A DNA stretch of 41,584 bases from contig JBQGDD010000008.1 in the NCBI GenBank assembly GCA_052038845.1, positions 1-41,584 on the forward strand. Reading direction: 5' to 3'. The first letter of the stretch is position 1. The number at the start of each line of letters is the position of its first letter. Made by a program: the position numbers and the translations under genes. Below are positions 37,416 to 41,584 of this stretch, piece by piece. The notes beneath the pieces are model-generated. The model did no database searches and had not been told where the DNA came from. It saw only the letters and a program-made list of their open reading frames with translations. The stretch comes from Dyadobacter sp. (lineage in GTDB: Bacteria > Bacteroidota > Bacteroidia > Flavobacteriales > Flavobacteriaceae).

Positions 37416-38395
37416 AAAAAATTTTAATAACAGGCGCGGCGGGTTTTTTAGGCTCGCACTTATGCGACAGGTTTATTAAGGAAGGGTATTTTGTTATCGG
37501 TATGGATAACCTTATTACCGGCGACCTTAAAAACATTGAACATCTTTTTAAACTTGAAAACTTTGAGTTTTACCACCATGATGTTACAAAGTTTGTAAAC
37601 ATTCCGGGTAAGCTGGATTATATACTGCACTTTGCATCGCCGGCAAGCCCTATAGATTATTTAAAGATACCTATACAAACGCTAAAAGTGGGTTCACTGG
37701 GTACGCATAATTTATTAGGCCTGGCAAGGGTTAAAAAAGCAAGGATTCTTATAGCCTCAACATCCGAAGTGTATGGCGACCCGTTGGTACACCCGCAAAC
37801 CGAAGATTATTACGGTAATGTAAATACCATAGGGCCACGTGGGGTATATGATGAAGCAAAACGCTTTCAGGAAAGCATAACTATGGCATACCATACCTTT
37901 CATGGTGTAGAAACCAGAATTGTAAGGATATTTAACACCTACGGCCCCAAGATGAGGCTTAATGATGGCAGGGTGATACCCGCTTTCATAGGGCAGGCAA
38001 TAAGGGGGGAAGACCTTACCGTTTTTGGCGATGGTATGCAAACCAGGTCTTTCTGCTATGTTGACGATCAGGTAGAAGGTATATACAGGCTGCTGCATTC
38101 TGATTATGCATATCCTGTAAACATTGGCAACCCTGATGAAATTACTATTAAAGATTTTGCTGAAGAAATTATAAAGCTAACGGGCACTACCCAAAAAATT
38201 ATATACAGGGAACTTCCTGTTAACGACCCCCTGCAAAGGCAGCCCGACATTACCAAAGCAAGGGAACTTTTGGGCTGGGAGCCTAAAACAGACCGCGCAG
38301 AAGGAATGAAGATAACTTACAACTATTTCAGGTCGCTGTCTCAGGAGGAACTTTTAAAAGAAGAGCACAAGGACTTTACCGGATTTATACATTAA
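37412..38395 (+). CDS. UDP-glucuronic acid decarboxylase (UDP-xylose synthase family)
   Basis: [59 protein letters not shown]. Confidence 0.92.
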   Translation: MKKILITGAAGFLGSHLCDRFIKEGYFVIGMDNLITGDLKNIEHLFKLENFEFYHHDVTKFVNIPGKLDYILHFASPASPIDYLKIPIQTLKVGSLGTHNLLGLARVKKARILIASTSEVYGDPLVHPQTEDYYGNVNTIGPRGVYDEAKRFQESITMAYHTFHGVETRIVRIFNTYGPKMRLNDGRVIPAFIGQAIRGEDLTVFGDGMQTRSFCYVDDQVEGIYRLLHSDYAYPVNIGNPDEITIKDFAEEIIKLTGTTQKIIYRELPVNDPLQRQPDITKARELLGWEPKTDRAEGMKITYNYFRSLSQEELLKEEHKDFTGFIH

Positions 38396-38396
38396 T

Positions 38397-39764
38397 ATGA
38401 GTTTGCCCTCAAGAGGAAGATATTCCAAGTACATACGCCCTATAAGTATATTGTTTGATATACTGGTTATAACCGTTCTTTTCAGGTATTTTTATGATGC
38501 CCTGGGTATTAATTACCTTGTTTTCGGCATATACCAGGTAGTATGCTGGTGCATACTTACTTATTACACCAGGTTTTACAGGATATACCGGTTTACAACG
38601 CCCATAAACATACTCTCTAAACTAATTAAGCAGGGGGTATTGTTCCTTTTGGTGGTAACATCCTATTTTCCCTTCTCTAAACAGGGATATTTTAGTGGAG
38701 AGCTTACAGCAAGGTATTTAGTAACCGCTTTTGTAGTTGTGGGGATATTTAAGTTCATGCTTTTTTATTATTTAAAGCGATACAGGATAACTACCGGGAG
38801 CAATTACAGGAATACGGTTATTATAGGTCATACCAACGATGCAGTTAAGCTAAAAGACCTTTTTAACAACCGCCCCGATTATGGCTACCGCTTTAAAGGC
38901 TTTTTTTCTGACAAGGAAACAGGAGATGAAATAATGGGCAGGATAAGCGATATAGAGTCTTTTATAATAGATAACAAAATAGACGATATATACTGCTCCT
39001 TAAATGAAATTTCTAACAACAGGCTGAAAGAACTTGTGTCTTTTGCTGACAGTAATAATGTAGTTATAAAGTTTATACCCGATACTAAAGAGATTTTTAC
39101 TAAAAACCTGCGTATAGACTATTATGAGTTTTTCCCGGTACTGTCATTAAAGTCAACTCCGCTGCATGAGCCTATTGAAAAGCTGACTAAGCGACTTTTT
39201 GATATTGTGTTCTCACTTTTAGTTATTGTATTTGTACTGTCGTGGCTTACACCGCTTTTGGCACTGCTTATAAAAATGGAATCTAAAGGGCCTGTATTTT
39301 TTAAGCAGGGACGTCCGGGTTTAAACCAGGCGCAGTTTTTCTGTTATAAGTTCCGCTCTATGCAGATAAATGAAACGACTGAAGAATCGGTAATAAAAAA
39401 TGACCCAAGGGTAACTCGAATAGGCAGGTTTTTACGCAAAACAAGTATAGATGAGATGCCGCAGTTTATCAATGTGCTTTTCGGCGATATGTCGGTAGTG
39501 GGGCCCAGGCCGCACTTATGGTCGCAAAATAAAATGTATGGCGTAAAGATTAAAAAATATATAGTACGTCATTATGTAAAGCCGGGTATAACAGGGCTTG
39601 CGCAGGTAAAAGGATATAGGGGGGAGATTAGCACAGATGAAGATATGATAAACCGTATAAAATATGATGTTTTTTATATAGAAAACTGGTCGCTGTTACT
39701 GGATTTAAAGATAATTTTGCAAACAGTAATAAATGTCATATCCGGCGAAGAGAAAGCCTATTAA
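38397..39764 (+). CDS. Undecaprenyl-phosphate glucose phosphotransferase (WcaJ-like priming transferase)
   Basis: N-terminal TMs and CoA-binding-like domain, KRLFDI, KFRSM, DPRVT.IG.FLRKTSIDEMPQ, MSVVGPRP, KPGITGLAQ. Confidence 0.93.
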   Translation: MSLPSRGRYSKYIRPISILFDILVITVLFRYFYDALGINYLVFGIYQVVCWCILTYYTRFYRIYRFTTPINILSKLIKQGVLFLLVVTSYFPFSKQGYFSGELTARYLVTAFVVVGIFKFMLFYYLKRYRITTGSNYRNTVIIGHTNDAVKLKDLFNNRPDYGYRFKGFFSDKETGDEIMGRISDIESFIIDNKIDDIYCSLNEISNNRLKELVSFADSNNVVIKFIPDTKEIFTKNLRIDYYEFFPVLSLKSTPLHEPIEKLTKRLFDIVFSLLVIVFVLSWLTPLLALLIKMESKGPVFFKQGRPGLNQAQFFCYKFRSMQINETTEESVIKNDPRVTRIGRFLRKTSIDEMPQFINVLFGDMSVVGPRPHLWSQNKMYGVKIKKYIVRHYVKPGITGLAQVKGYRGEISTDEDMINRIKYDVFYIENWSLLLDLKIILQTVINVISGEEKAY

Positions 39765-39797
39765 ATTTAAACGGAAAACTACACAACACACAATATT

Positions 39798-41069
39798 ATG
39801 AATATTTTACTTTTAGGATCGGGAGGAAGAGAGCACGCACTGGCATGGAAAATGGTACAGAGTGAAGACTGTACGTCACTTTTTGTTGCACCCGGCAATG
39901 CAGGTACAGAGGGTATAGCAACTAACGTAGCCATAAACCCTAATGACTTTGACGCTGTTAAAAAGGTAGTGCTGGATAAAGAAATTGAAATGGTTGTTGT
40001 AGGCCCCGAAGATCCGCTGGTAAATGGCATCTATGATTTTTTTAAGAAAGACGAGGAGCTTAAAAACATACCTGTAATAGGACCCTCAGAAGAAGGGGCA
40101 AAGCTGGAAGGAAGCAAGGAGTATGCAAAAAAATTTTTAGTTAAAAACAGTATTCCTACCGCAGCCTATAACAGTTTTACCAAAGACAGTTTAAAACAGG
40201 GCTTTAAATTTCTTGAAAGCCTAAAACCGCCTTACGTGCTTAAAGCTGACGGGCTTGCCGCCGGTAAAGGTGTACTTATATTAAATGACTTGCAGGAAGC
40301 ACAGCAGGAGCTGGAAAACATGCTTGTAGATGAAAAATTTGGGCAGGCAAGTACTAAGGTTGTTATCGAACAGTTTTTAGATGGTATAGAACTAAGCTGT
40401 TTTGTTATTACAGACGGTATAAGCTACAAATTGCTCCCTACCGCCAAAGACTATAAAAGGATAGGCGAGGGAGATACAGGGCTTAATACAGGCGGTATGG
40501 GTGCGGTATCTCCGGTGCCTTTTGCCAATGAGGAGTTTATGGAGAAGGTAGAAAACCAGATTGTAAAGCCAACAGTTGACGGACTTAAGGCTGATGGGAT
40601 AGAATATAAGGGCTTTATATTTATAGGACTTATAAAAGTAGGAGATGATCCGTTTGTAATAGAATATAACGTGAGGATGGGCGATCCTGAAACTGAAGTA
40701 GTAATACCAAGGCTTAAATCAGATATTGTAAAGCTGTTTAACGCTGTAGCAATGCAGGAGCTGGAAGGTTTTGAAATGGAAACCGATGAAAGGGCAGCAG
40801 CCACTATAATGGCGGTTTCTGGTGGTTATCCTGAAGATTACGAAAAAGGGAAGGCTATATCAGGGTTAAATGATATTACAGGATCTGTAGTGTTTCATGC
40901 AGGCACAAAGATGCAGAACGGAGAAACTGTAACTAATGGCGGGCGTGTTATAGCTGTTACGTCTTATGGTGATGATTATAAAGAAGCCATAAAAAAATCT
41001 TACCAAAACATAGAAAAGCTACATTTTGACAAGATATATTTTAGAAAGGATATCGGCTTTGACTTATGA
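39798..41069 (+). CDS. purD: Phosphoribosylamine--glycine ligase
   Basis: GSGGREHALAW, APGNAG, KADGLAAGKGV, GLNTGGMGA, EYNVRMGDPE, TNGGRV. Confidence 0.97.
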   Translation: MNILLLGSGGREHALAWKMVQSEDCTSLFVAPGNAGTEGIATNVAINPNDFDAVKKVVLDKEIEMVVVGPEDPLVNGIYDFFKKDEELKNIPVIGPSEEGAKLEGSKEYAKKFLVKNSIPTAAYNSFTKDSLKQGFKFLESLKPPYVLKADGLAAGKGVLILNDLQEAQQELENMLVDEKFGQASTKVVIEQFLDGIELSCFVITDGISYKLLPTAKDYKRIGEGDTGLNTGGMGAVSPVPFANEEFMEKVENQIVKPTVDGLKADGIEYKGFIFIGLIKVGDDPFVIEYNVRMGDPETEVVIPRLKSDIVKLFNAVAMQELEGFEMETDERAAATIMAVSGGYPEDYEKGKAISGLNDITGSVVFHAGTKMQNGETVTNGGRVIAVTSYGDDYKEAIKKSYQNIEKLHFDKIYFRKDIGFDL

Positions 41070-41294
41070 TAAGAAAGAGTGAGCCGTAGTATCCTGGTCG
41101 TCTTCGTTATTATCTTTAAAAATCTGTAACTGTTTTATCCAGTACCATGTGGCAGCGCAGCATATAAGGATAAATATCCAGGTAATGATGTTAGCTATCC
41201 ACCAGTTTTCAAGCTCAAGCGCGCGAAAAAGATCCATTGGTATAAAAAGGATATCTGTAAACAGCGATCCTAATGCCTCAAAAAATGCTCTCAT
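41064..41294 (-). CDS. Small membrane protein (DUF6341-like); start revised to ATG 41294
   Basis: MRAFFE.L..LF.DILF.P.D..R.LELENWW.AN...WIF...YW.KQL; convergent with purD, 6-nt overlap. Confidence 0.7.
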   Translation of the reverse strand: MRAFFEALGSLFTDILFIPMDLFRALELENWWIANIITWIFILICCAATWYWIKQLQIFKDNNEDDQDTTAHSFLS

Positions 41295-41342
41295 TTTTAA
41301 ACAAGTATTATATTTACATCCACAAAAGTATAAAATATTCAC

Positions 41343-41584
41343 ATGTTAGCAAGTGTTTTTAATAAATCCAGGCCTGTAAATTATGCACTATTGGGCGTAA
41401 CCCTGGTTTTATTCTATTTTTTATACTTATTTAAAGATACTTTCTGGACAGAATACTACTATCTTGTATTTCAAAAAATAGGTTTGTTAGTGATGCTGGC
41501 AGGATCTTTATTTCTTACAAACTTTATTACACACAAAAACTCATTAAGCAGGGCAAACACATATAATATGCTCCTGTTTCTGAT
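41343..41584 (+). CDS. Membrane protein, N-terminal fragment running off the window (DUF6427-like); not in the ORF track
   Basis: Open frame from ATG 41343: MLASVFNKSRPVNYALLGVTLVLFYFLYLF...NFITHKNSLSRANTY; no stop before the window end. Confidence 0.7.
   Translation, partial: MLASVFNKSRPVNYALLGVTLVLFYFLYLFKDTFWTEYYYLVFQKIGLLVMLAGSLFLTNFITHKNSLSRANTYNMLLFL

Noticed and set aside
1-41584. GC-skew switch at the candidate origin
   Set aside because: Spot checks by eye were inconclusive and confounded by coding strand; not claimed without computation.

Overview
41.6 kb of Bacteroidetes chromosome, most likely Flavobacterium/Flavobacteriaceae, judged from gene content and TAnnTTTG promoter boxes. 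The left part is housekeeping: gltX (3' part), an SPFH protein, a YtxH/holin-like/DUF6327 trio, glnS, folB, tRNA-Cys, a LysE translocator, a GIN-domain protein and rnr. A 617-bp AT-rich gap (9680-10296) between a small DUF2007-like gene and rpiB is packed with TTWTYAACA-type DnaA-box-like 9-mers. It also has an AT-tract / NAN-trio / GC-spacer / tandem-box arrangement, making it a strong candidate oriC with no dnaA in the window. Next come rpiB, a CDF transporter, an XRE-HTH membrane protein, a lone AT-rich TIR-domain gene (possible defence gene with an AbrB-like C-terminus), tex, a composite heptamer/REP-like repeat, two tandem tatA genes, an M23 peptidase, and SdpI, GH3 and DUF6909 genes. A ~19 kb surface-polysaccharide locus follows (Wzz-like, rfbBACD, GT2/methyltransferase/GT-C/lipoprotein block, FkbM, Wzx, Wzy, inverted wecB, two GT4, O-antigen ligase-like, UDP-GlcA decarboxylase, WcaJ), then purD. 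No CRISPR, rRNA, transposase or integrase was seen. All family calls are from motif recognition by eye, not database searches.
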